From Malacoraja senta (lineage: Eukaryota): 35,181 bases of DNA. This document shows, piece after piece, positions 1-8,805 of the stretch. Position numbers and translations under genes: made by a program. Within the stretch, counting starts at the first letter, position 1; each line of letters opens with the position of its first letter. The notes under the pieces were generated by a model. The model was not told where the DNA came from and made no database searches. It was given only the letters and a program-made list of their open reading frames with translations. The stretch covers positions 1 to 35,181 of the forward strand of contig JAXLNO010000215.1 of NCBI GenBank assembly GCA_038087875.1, in the 5' to 3' direction.

Positions 1-66
1 AAGATATCCATTGACTTGGCCTCCACAGCCTTCTATAGCAATGAATTCCACAGATTCACCACCCTT
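1..66 (-). mobile_element. CR1 LINE 3' fragment cut by the window edge
   Basis: Matches 1370-1430 and the other CR1 3' ends in the window (VVNLWNSL...AVEAKS region). Confidence 0.75.
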
Positions 67-114
67 TCAAGCATCTGTTGGTAAAATGTAAGAATCAATT
101 AAAGATAATAACAG

Positions 115-205
115 AGAAGGAGACAAAGTGTTGGAGTAACTCAGCAGGTCAGGCAGCATCTCTGGAGAACATGGATAAGTAATGTTTCAGTCAGGACCCA
201 TCTGC
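115..205 (-). mobile_element. Degenerate Penelope-like element (PLE) 3' tail
   Basis: TGGAGTAACTCAGCAGGTCAGGCAGCATCTCTGGAG motif shared with the other PLE tails; the hammerhead part is decayed. Confidence 0.7.
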
Positions 206-232
206 TTAAGTATTTAAAAGCTACAACTTTAG

Positions 233-520
233 TTATGAGTATTGATTTCCCTCACTTCAGGTAGCCCAGGCATTCCCTCTCTCTCTATCCCTCCCCCACC
301 CAAGTCCCACCAGCTTCTCGTTTTCACCCAACAAACAGCTAACGATGGCCTGTTTTTCTTTATCATCGTTACTTTTTCATTCATTGTTCTTTATATCTCT
401 CGTTTCCCAGTTCCCCTGACTAGTCTGAAGAAGGGCCTTGACCCGAAACGCCACCCCTTCCTTCTCTCCAGAGATGCTGCCTGTCCCGTTGAGTTACTCC
501 AGCTTATTGGTGTCTATCTT
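233..520 (+). mobile_element. PLE 3' fragment: end of GIY-YIG ORF, 3' UTR, hammerhead motif at 425-452, tail
   Basis: Begins with the last codons (..IDFPHFR*) homologous to the GIY-YIG C-terminus at 18645-18872 and is the reverse complement of the 2118-2420 family. Confidence 0.8.
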
Positions 521-771
521 TAGTTTTGTTTAGAGGCCCTTCGGCCCACCTAGTCCGTGCTGACCATAGATCGCCCGTTCTCACTCATTCTATTTTATCT
601 CACTTTCGCATCCTGCACACTCGGGGCAATTTACAGAAGGCAATTAACCTACAAACCTGCCTGTGTTTGGAGTGTGGGAGGAAACAGAATTCAACCCACG
701 CAGTCACAGGGAGAACGTGCAAACTCCGCACAGGCAACGCCCATTGTCAGGATCGAACGTGGGTTTCTGGC
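521..771 (-). mobile_element. HE1-type V-SINE, 5'-truncated
   Basis: B-box remnant, V-domain (GTTCTCCC.GTGAC...TTTCCTCCCACACTCCAAA) and GGGCCGAAGGGCCT..TAAAC tail. Confidence 0.8.
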
Positions 772-912
772 ACTCTTATTTTTACTTATGTTGTGTAAGT
801 ACAAAACAGACACTCCAGATTAAAAAAATAAACCCAGTTCATTTCTACCCTGTGTAGTTAATTCTCCCGAGCTTTATAAAGGTTTTGAAATTCATGACAC
901 ACCCGTATAATT

Positions 913-1010
913 TCAGAAGGTGGTTAGTTCAATCACATCAGATGCTTTCACTCGAGGGAAACAGCTGCGGAGTTTGTCCTCAGATTGTCCTTCAGACAGC
1001 AACAGGGGAA
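913..1010 (-). CDS. Candidate terminal coding exon of an unidentified host gene (..PLLLSEGQSEDKLRSCFPRVKASDVIELTTF*)
   Basis: Non-repeat island, acceptor gctgatttcaacAG, phase-1 start, open to TGA at 915-913. No homology recognised and no poly(A) signal seen. Confidence 0.3.
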
Positions 1011-1162
1011 CTGTTGAAATCAGCTCAAAACAATGGAGCAATTCACACACATACATCGGCAACTCGATAGAAGATGTGTAGGAAGGAACTGCAGATGCTG
1101 GTTTACATCGAAGTGCTGGAGTAACTCAGCAGGTCAGGCAACATCTCTGGAGAAAAGGAATA

Positions 1163-1196
1163 GGTGACGTTTCGGGTCATGACCCATCTTCAGACT
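1163..1196 (-). ncRNA. Minimal type-I hammerhead ribozyme motif, best-preserved copy
   Basis: Minus strand reads AGT-CTGAAGA-T-GGGTC-AT-GACCC-GAAA-CG-TC^ACC: CUGANGA box, 5-bp stem II, GAAA box, palindromic ACGU and GUC triplet. Predicted cut between 1166 and 1165; stem I has only 2 obvious bp. Confidence 0.7.
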
Positions 1197-1200
1197 GCGA

Positions 1201-1794
1201 GTCATAAGGTCATCAGGTCATAAGTGATAGGCCCCGTTCGCCCCATTCAGTCTACTCCGCCATTCAATCATGGCTGATCTATCTCTCCCCCCAAATCCCA
1301 TTCTCCTGCCTTCTCCCCATAACCCCGACACCCGTACTAATCAAAATCTATCTATCTCTGCCTTGAAAATATCCACTGACTTGGCCTCCACAACCTTCTG
1401 TGGCAAAGAATTCCACAAATTCACCACCCTCTGACTAAAGAGATTCCTCCTCATTTCCTTCCTAAAAGAACATCCTTTAACTCTGAGGCTATGACCTCTT
1501 GTCCTAGACTCTCCCACTAGTGGAAACATCCTCTCCACATCCACTCTATCCAGGCCTTTCACTATTCTGTACGTTTCAATGATGTGTCCCCTCATCCTTC
1601 TAAACTCCAGCGAGTACAGGCCCAGTGCCGACAAACGCTCATCATATGTTAACCCACTCATTCCTGGGATCATTCTTGTAAACCTCCTCTGGACCCTCTC
1701 CAGAGCCAGCACATCCTTCCTCAGATATGGTGCCCAGAATTGCTCACAATGCTCCAAATGTGGCCTGACCAGTGCCTTATAGAGCCTCAACATT
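1201..1794 (-). mobile_element. CR1 LINE, 5'-truncated (ORF2 C-terminus 1341-1793, 3' UTR and microsatellite tail)
   Basis: LYKALVRPHLEHC.QFWAP...LERVQRRFTRMIPG...VVNLWNSLP is the canonical CR1 ORF2 end; tail is (CTTATGAC)n. Confidence 0.92.
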
Positions 1795-2117
1795 ATGTCC
1801 TTCAGGGGAGAAGGGAACTAGAGATATGAAAATGTACACAAAACAAATGAATGAAAGGTTAGAAAAGAACAAATCAAAGGCAGCACCGATGATCAAGGAA
1901 AGGTGGAGCCCACAATGGTCCATTGTTGGCTGTGGAGCAGGTGAAAACGAAGGGAAATTTGTGAAACTAGGCAGGGTGATAACATTCCTTTGATGGGCTC
2001 TCCTCATAGATCCTTCGAGTGATAAATACGAGAAGGAGACACCCAATAATTTTTTGTAAAATGCCGTCAGCAAACTTACCCTGGGAATTAAACGCTCGCC
2101 CAGCATCCAGTGCAGCG

Positions 2118-2642
2118 AAGACAGATACAAAAAGCTGGAGTAACTCAGTGGGACAGGCAGCTTCTCTGGAGAGAAGGAATGGGTGACGTTTTGGGTCGAG
2201 ACCCTTCTTCAGACTGGTTAGGGATAAGGGAAACGAGAGATATAGACGGTGATGTGGAGAGATAAAGAACAATGAATGAAAGATATGCAAAAAAGTAATG
2301 ATGATAAAGGAAACAGGCCATTGTTAGCCATTTATTGGGTGAGAACGAGAAGCTGGTGCGACTTGGGTGGGGGAGGGATGGAGAGAGAGGGAATGCCGGG
2401 GCTACCTGAAGTGAGAGAAATCAATATTCATACCACTGGGCTGGAAGCTGCCCAAGCAAAAAAAAAAAAGAGATGAGGTTCCTCCAATTTGCATTTAGCC
2501 TCACTCTGACAATGGAGGAGACCCAGAACAGAAAGGTCTGTGTGGAATGGGAAGGAGAATTAAAGTGTCCGGCAACCAGGCGGGCTGAGCGAAGGTGTTT
2601 CGCAAAACGATCGGCCAGCCTGCGTTTGGTCTCGCCGATGTA
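2118..2642 (-). mobile_element. PLE fragment carrying a GIY-YIG endonuclease remnant, UTR and hammerhead (2185-2212)
   Basis: From 2642 the minus strand translates YIGETKRRLADRFAKHLRSA..VAGHFNSPSHS; an A-run frameshift follows. Confidence 0.88.
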
Positions 2643-2688
2643 TGTGTGTGACTAAGACAGAAGTGAGACTCCCGTCCAATTCTCATAC

Positions 2689-2736
2689 TCAGAAAACCCT
2701 TTGAAGTGCAGCTCTGCCTGTCGGGGTGACAACTAT
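2689..2736 (-). CDS. Candidate 48-nt phase 1-1 exon ((D)SCHPDRQSCTSKGFL)
   Basis: AG acceptor at 2738-2737, GTATGA donor, open frame compatible with the neighbouring candidates. Confidence 0.25.
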   Translation of the reverse strand: MVVTPTGRAALQRVF

Positions 2737-2882
2737 CTAAATTGTTTAACCTAAACAAGGGACAACCAGCTTATTAAGGCAGGATAATGAGTACCTGCGG
2801 GATGTGACATTCTATCTCCTCCAGCATGATCCTGATTAGATAAATGTGCTGTTAATAGCCTGGTACAGCACAGGTTCATTAC

Positions 2883-2930
2883 CTTTAGTCCAAGTGATTG
2901 TTTTACTGGATGCAAAAATCTGTTGCTGAT
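2883..2930 (-). CDS. Candidate 48-nt exon ((D)QQQIFASSKTITWTK)
   Basis: Acceptor tttcccattaatatttcAG and donor AAG|GTAATG, in unique DNA. Confidence 0.35.
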
Positions 2931-3023
2931 CTGAAATATTAATGGGAAACACTGCCAATACTATGGTGAAGCAATAAAGGCCAGGGTGTTAAGTCAATGG
3001 CCCACTAGAAATGTGTAGGAATG

Positions 3024-3267
3024 ATCCCCGCACACTAACACTACCCTACACACACTAGGGACAATTTAGAAATTATACTGAGCCGATTTAACTACAAATC
3101 TGTACGTCTTTGGAGTGTGGGAGGAAACTGAAGATCTCGGAGAAAACCCACGCAGGTCACGGGGAGAACGTACAAACTCCGTACGGACAGCACCCGTGGT
3201 CAGGATCGAACCCGGGTCTCCGGAGCAGTAAGGCAGCAACTCTACCGCTGCGCCACCGTGCCGCCCC
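3024..3267 (-). mobile_element. HE1-type V-SINE
   Basis: tRNA-like head (TGGCGCAGCGG A box, GGTTCGATCC B box) plus V-domain. Confidence 0.88.
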
Positions 3268-3500
3268 CGGCACTTTCTACGCAGATGTTGTCAGACTCAC
3301 CAGAACATCCAGCACTGTCTGGTTTTTATTTCAGGCATTGAATCTGTTCGGTAGTTTGCCTTTGAAAGGAATCTTGTACTTATCTCTCTGGCCCTGCAGA
3401 GGTCTCTCGAACACCTCTATTATAACACAACCCCCCTTCCTGCCCTCTGCCCAGTGGTTGAGAGGTTGTATCGTGGTGTGGCCACTTCTTCAGGAAGGCG

Positions 3501-4046
3501 GTGTGAAGGAACTGCAGATGCTGGTTTACACAAAAGATGGACACAAAGTGCTGGAGTAACTCAGCGGGGCAGGCAGCATCTCTGGAGAAAAGGAATAGGT
3601 GATGTTTCGGGTTGAGACCCTACTTCAGACTGAGTCGGGGAGAGGGAGTCTAGAGATATGGAAGGGTCAGATGTGAAAACAGATCAAATATGATAATGAG
3701 GAAATGTAGAATGGTTCATTGTTGGCTGTGGGGACGGGGCTAACGAGGTATCCAATCAGTCATGTTTGGAGGACAGTCGAACCAGTCGGAGAACTAGGCT
3801 CTACAGAGATGCTGCCTGTCCCGTTGAGTTACTCCAGCATTTTGTGTCTACCTTCAATTTAAACCAGCATCTGCAGTTCTTTCCTGCACATAGGGATGGA
3901 GACAGAGGGAAAACATGGGTTACTTGAAGTTAGAGAAGCCAATGTTCATACTGCTGGGTTATAAGTGGCCCAAGCGGAATATGAGGTACTGTTCCTCCAA
4001 TTTGCGTTGGGCCTCACTCTGACAATGGAGGAGGACCAGGACAGAA
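3501..4046 (-). mobile_element. PLE 3' fragment (GIY-YIG end, UTR, hammerhead 3601-3628, tail) with an inverted PLE tail at ~3800-3890
   Basis: 3920-4046 is homologous to 18645-18770; the CR1 insertion cuts it at GACAGAA and it resumes briefly at 5246. Confidence 0.82.
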
Positions 4047-5245
4047 CCAGTGGATGTGTTGTATCTGGACTTTCGGAAGGCTTTCGACAAGGTCCCACAT
4101 AAGAGATTAGTATACAAACTTAAAGCACACGGTATTGGGGGTTCAGTATTGATGTGGATAGAGAACTGGCTGGCAAACAGGAAGCAAAGAGTAGGAGTAA
4201 ACGGGTCCTTTTCACAATGGCAGGCAGTGACTAGTGGGGTGCCGCAAGGCTCAGTGCTGGGACCCCAGCTATTTACAATTTATATTAATGAACTGGATGA
4301 GGGAATTGAAGGCAACATCTCCAAGTTTGCGGATGACACTAAGCTGGGGGGCAGTGTTAGCTGTGGGGAGGATGCTAGGAGACTGCAAGGTGACTTGGAT
4401 AGGCTGGGTGAGTGGGCAAATGTTTGGCAGATGCAGTATAATGTGGATAAATGTGAGGTTATCCACTTTGGTGGTAAAAACAGGAAAGCAGACTATTATC
4501 TAAATGGTGGCCGATTAGGAAAAGGGGAGATGCAGCGAGACCTGGGTGTCATGGTACACCAGTCATTGAAAGTAGGCATGCAGGTGCAGCAGGCAGTGAA
4601 GAAAGTGAATGGTATGTTAGCTTTCATAGCAAAAGGATTTGAGTATAGGAGCAGGGAGGTTCTACTGCAGTTGTACAGGGTCTTGGTGAGACCACACCTG
4701 GAGTATTGCGTACAGTTCTGGTCTCCAAATCTGAGGAAGGACATTATAGCCATAGAGGGAGTGCAGAGAAGGTTCGCCAGACTGATTCCTGGGATGTCAG
4801 GACTTTCATATGAAGAAAGACTTGGCTTATACTCGCTAGAATTTAGGAGATTGAGAGGGGATCTTATAGAAACGTACAAAATTCTTATGGGGTTGGACAG
4901 GCTAGATGCAGGAAGATTGTTCCCGATGTTGGGGAAGTCCAGGACAAGGGGTCACAGCTTAAGGATAAGGGGGAAATCCTTTAAGACCGAGATGAGAAAA
5001 AACGTTTTCACACAGATATCTGGAACTCTCTGCCACAGAGGGTAGTTGAGGCCAGTTCATTGGCTATATTTAAGAGGGAGTTAGATGTGGCCCTTGTGGC
5101 TAAAGGGATCAGGGGGTATGGAGAGAAGGCAGGTACGGGATACTGAGTTGGATGATCAGCCATGATCATATTGAATGGCGGTTCAGGCTCGAAGGGCCGA
5201 ATGGTCTACTCCTGCACCTATTTTCTATGTATCTATGTATCTATG
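4047..5245 (+). mobile_element. CR1 LINE, 5'-truncated, with RT domain and 3' UTR
   Basis: RT ORF plus 3' UTR ending in (CTATGTAT)n; inserted into a PLE fragment. Confidence 0.95.
4050..5045 (+). pseudogene. CR1 ORF2 reverse transcriptase fragment (331 aa)
   Basis: LDFRKAFDKVPH, SGVPQGSVLGP, KFADD, DLGV and LVRPHLEYC motifs; lacks the endonuclease half; small in-frame deletion near YEERLGLY and a frameshifting deletion near 5015. Confidence 0.93.
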
Positions 5246-5355
5246 AAAGGCAGTTCTTCCCAACACGTTACTGATTGTATGTTACGTTATCACCTTCCCC
5301 ATAGCTAACAATGTAATGAATTTTGGTTATAGCAGACGGAATCTGTTCTAACCGA

Positions 5356-5419
5356 GGCGTCCGTTCATATCGGGCAGGTCAGGACTGGCTTTGGACTCTG
5401 TGATGTCTGCAATCTCCTT
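5356..5419 (-). CDS. Candidate 64-nt phase 0-1 exon (EIADITESKASPDLPDMNGRL)
   Basis: Acceptor gttttctgaAG and donor G|GTTAGA; only one of the three frames is open; unique DNA. Confidence 0.3.
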
Positions 5420-5492
5420 CAGAAAACATTGACATTTTATAAGGTTAGAACGTCTGGTAATAGTTAAACAACCTCAGAAATTGTGATTTATT

Positions 5493-5752
5493 GTGTAGGA
5501 AGGAACTGCAGATGCTGATTTATACCGAAGATACTGGAGTAGCTCAGCGGGACAGGCGGCATCTCTGGTGAAAAAGGAAGGGTGATGTTTCGGGTCGGGA
5601 CCCTTCTTCAGACCCCTCCTTTTAAACTGAAGAAGGGTCCCGACCCGAAACATCACCTGATCTTTCTCTCCAGGGATGCTGCCTGACCCGTTGAGTTACT
5701 CCAGCTTGTTGTGTCTATTTTCAGTATGAACCAGCATCTGCAGTTCCTTCCT
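5493..5752. repeat. Head-to-head inverted pair of PLE hammerhead-plus-tail units
   Basis: 5493-5611 is the reverse complement of 5627-5752 with a ~15-bp spacer. Confidence 0.9.
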
Positions 5753-5869
5753 GTGAGGTTTACTGAGAGACTGTCGGTAATCTCCGGAATCTCAGAAATC
5801 CGCTCAGGGGGAATGGAGAGGTGCCACAGACCAAGGCTCAGGGCCAGTGAACGGCTCGCTACCCGTGGT

Positions 5870-5999
5870 GTTCATAGCTCATGTTCATAAATGATAGGAG
5901 CAGAATTAGGCCATTCGGCCCATCATGTCTACTCCGCCATTCAATCATGCCTGATCTCTCTCTCCCTCCTAACCCCATTCTCCTGCCTTTTCCCCATAA
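5870..5999 (-). mobile_element. CR1 3' UTR fragment
   Basis: GGCCATTCGGCCCATC..ACTCCGCCATTCAATCATG, as in 1230-1320. Confidence 0.85.
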
Positions 6000-6540
6000 T
6001 AGCATACAACAAAAAGCTTTGCACTGTCCCTCTAGACAATAATCTACTAAACTAAACTAAACTACAATCAACAATAACAGACACCATCCCCCGCCCCCCC
6101 CCCCCATATAGTCAGTCACAATGAGGGTTATCTCTACCTAGTACCTCACCTACATTCCCAGACTCCAAGCACAAATTCCTTCCTTTATTCTCCAGCAGTC
6201 CAACCTTCTCCCCAGTTACCCTTTTATTTTTTTAATTTAGGCACAAAAAGCTTTGGGATCATCCCCAAACAGACTCACAAACGCCAATATGTGGCTCCTT
6301 TTCGCCCTTCTCAAGTGGGCGATTAGAAGTGTACAGTAGGTGTACAGAATAAGAACAGGCCCTTCGGCCCACAATGAAGCCAAGTTAAGCTAATCTCATC
6401 TGCCTTCGGGTGATCCATATCCCTCCATTCTCTGCATGTCCATGTGCCTATCTGGTGCTTCTTAGACGCCACTGTCTTACCTGCCTCCCACAGCACCCAG
6501 AAACATACTTCCTTCTGCATAAAATCTTGCCCAGTCCATA

Positions 6541-6840
6541 GGGTGGCACAGTGGCGCAGCGGTAGAGTTGCTGCTTACGGCGGCCGATTCCCGGGATTGA
6601 TCGTGATTACGTGTGCTATCTGTACGGAGTTTGCACGTTCTCCCCGTGACCACCTGTGTTTTCTCCGGGTGCTCCGGTTTCCTCCCACACTCCAAATACG
6701 TACAGGTTTGTGGGTTCATTGGCTCCAGTAACATTTGTAAATTGTGCCTAGTGTGTGTTGGATAGTGCTAGTGGTCGGCGGGGATTCAGTAGGCCAGAAA
6801 GTCTGTTTCCGTGCTGTATCTCTGAAGTCTAAAGTCTAAA
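6541..6840 (+). mobile_element. HE1-type V-SINE, full length
   Basis: GGTGGCACAGTGGCGCAGCGGTAGAG head, V-domain and (CTAAAGT)n tail. Confidence 0.9.
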
Positions 6841-6886
6841 TCTCCTTCAAACTATGGCCCTTTCACCTTAAAGCTATGCCTTCTAG

Positions 6887-7924
6887 TAGGTACGTTACAA
6901 TACTTACCTTCAGCGGCGCTGCAGTTCTGCCACTGGCCGTGTGCGCGACTTTGGCGCCTTTAAGGGGAGGGGCGGGGTTAAAATGCGTTTTTTCTCCTGC
7001 CTGTCTGAGCTATATTTTCTCGGGCTGCTAGCTAATGCTGAAGAATTGTTCCGACTGCCGTTCTGTGAATTATTATTTTTTTAATCGCGGGACAATTTCA
7101 GCGCTGGAGTAAAATAAAAATCCGCTTCTAATGCCGTCAACGCCGATAACCGGGACGGATTTCACGTACGGGACAGCTAAAGGTAAGCCGTTTAATTTAC
7201 ATATAAACGTGCTTCTTAGGATTATCTTAATCCAAATTTTACGTTGCGAAAAGGTGATTTTTGGCCCCATACGAACCGGCAGTGTTTTCCCTGCGGATAT
7301 GGGGTTTAAATTCACCGCAACCGCAACGTTCCAAACGATCGCGTTCCACAAAATCTCACTCGCAAGATGATTAAAATGCCCATTAATTTACTGGAATTAA
7401 ACACTAAATTCCTTCCATTTGGCCTATAGATTCATGACAATGAGATTTAAGAATCATGTTATATTGTGAATTCTTGTGTGAATGTTATTTGGACACTTAG
7501 GCTATTTAAAAATGTTAATCTTTTCTTAAGAAATGGATAGATGTTTAGATCTAGTAATTGAATTTTGTAATTAGCTACAATTAGGTAACTAACTAATTAT
7601 ATGCTTTAATTTCAGGTCATCCAAGTAAGATTGTTTCATATTTGTTTCAGAATGCTTCAATCTATAATAACTGAAAATTTATTTCAGTTCTCTTAATTTT
7701 TAAGAAAGTTATGGGCTTTTGACTGTCCTCGATCACAGCTTTTGTGTTAAGTCAATGGAAAAGCAATAGGGAACAAGATGCTAATTTCCGAGTATGAAAA
7801 TGGCCATAACTTTTTTAATACTGAAGATATGAAAGTGAATTAGGTGTCAAATTAAACTTCTTTTTATGCTTTATCTGATGGGATAAATTGCAGACTTCAT
7901 TTAAAAAAGTTTGTAACATTGCTA
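6887..7924. mobile_element. Non-autonomous DNA transposon, 1038 bp, hAT-like TAG...CTA ends
   Basis: Imperfect TIRs TAGGTACGTTACAA / TTGTAACATTGCTA; direct repeat CTTCTAG at 6880-6886 and 7925-7931; no transposase ORF. Confidence 0.8.
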
Positions 7925-8184
7925 CTTCTAGTCTGAGACATTTCCACCCTGAAGGAAAAAGGTTTTGGCTTCTACCTTATCTACTGTATTTCTAGACTTT
8001 GCAAATGTGCTGCACTTTAGTGCAGTCTACATAATCCATTTTGTTGATTAATGGTGTTTCTGGATAATTTTAACTTAATTCAAAAAGTTAGGGTATGTTA
8101 GCCTTAGTATTGAGATGTCTGATCAACACCACAGAAGTTTGCAAAATCATGCGTTGTTAATTTTATGAGGGGGGTGGGTTAATT

Positions 8185-8328
8185 TTATGTGGGAGAAAAC
8201 CACTCAGAGAAAACCCACGTGGTCACGGGGAGAACGTACAAACTCTGTACAGACAGCACCCCTAGTCAGGATCGAACCCGGGTCTCTTGCTAAGCACCAT
8301 CTCCACTGCTGCGCCACTGTGCCGCCCT
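8185..8328 (-). mobile_element. HE1 SINE 5' half (duplicate at 13325-13470)
   Basis: Head with A and B boxes plus part of the V-domain. Confidence 0.85.
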
Positions 8329-8536
8329 AATTTTGTTCCGAGTTCCTCCAGCACTTTGTGTTTTGCTCAAGATTCCCGCATCTGCAGTTCTTTGTGTCTC
8401 CTTTTTTTTTTTAAACACTTTATTTTTGGACTGTCTTTAGGAAATTAAAAGCTGTTGAATCATTGGAAAAATCCACCTGCTCATCAACATCCTTTAGATG
8501 TAAACCTGATTACAGTACAAAGCCTTAACACAGTAC

Positions 8537-8589
8537 CTCAAAGGCCCACAGCTGGACATGGGCGGCAATTGCTGCTTCAGGTGCAACAT
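8537..8589 (-). CDS. Candidate 53-nt phase 1-0 exon ((D)VAPEAAIAAHVQLWAFE), copy 1
   Basis: Pyrimidine tract followed by tgcAG acceptor, GAG|GTACTG donor; phase fits the 5356-5419 candidate. Confidence 0.3.
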
Positions 8590-8659
8590 CTGCATCCCAA
8601 GGGCATTGGAAAAGACAATACAAAACTGCGCGTAAGATCTCAATTCTGTTGCCAGACTC

Positions 8660-8805
8660 TGAAGATAGACACAAAATGCTGGAGTAACTCAGCGGGTCAG
8701 GCAGCATCTCTGGAGAAAAGGAATAGGTGACGTTTCGGGTCAAGACACTTCTTCAGTCTGAGAGTCAGGAGGGAGGGAAACTAGAAGTATGAAAAGGTAC
8801 AGAAT
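8660..8805 (-). mobile_element. PLE tail and hammerhead (core 8729-8756) flanking the DIRS end; duplicate at 13801-13948
   Basis: Minus strand CTGAAGAAGTGTCTTGACCCGAAACGTCACC, with one stem II mismatch. Confidence 0.8.

Larger units (their letters stand above)
1076..1985 (-). mobile_element. PLE 3' UTR, hammerhead and tail, split by a CR1 insertion (1201-1794)
   Basis: Tail starts GTGTAGGAAGGAACTGCAG at 1076; CAGACTGCGAGTCA resumes as TCAGGGGAGAAGG at about 1802. Confidence 0.8.
6340..7985 (-). mobile_element. Old CR1/HER1-type LINE 3' fragment split by a SINE (6541-6840) and a DNA transposon (6887-7924)
   Basis: Pieces 6340-6537, 6841-6886 and 7925-7985 join into a continuous LINE 3' end. 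Confidence 0.6.

Noticed and set aside
3380..3416. Extra minus-strand exon (VFERPLQGQRD)
   Set aside because: Purine-rich acceptor and weak donor; the chain closes without it.
6241..6326. Plus-strand exon after a strong TTTTTTTAATTTAG acceptor
   Set aside because: No good donor or compatible partner exons found; left unresolved.
6541..6620. tRNA genes at GGTGGCGCAGCGGTAG...GGTTCGATCC motifs
   Set aside because: They are the tRNA-derived heads of HE1 SINEs and continue into the V-domain and LINE tail.
6885..7926. Polinton/Maverick (AGTAG..CTACT-like ends)
   Set aside because: No 6-bp TSD in that register, only 1 kb long, short TIRs and no coding capacity.
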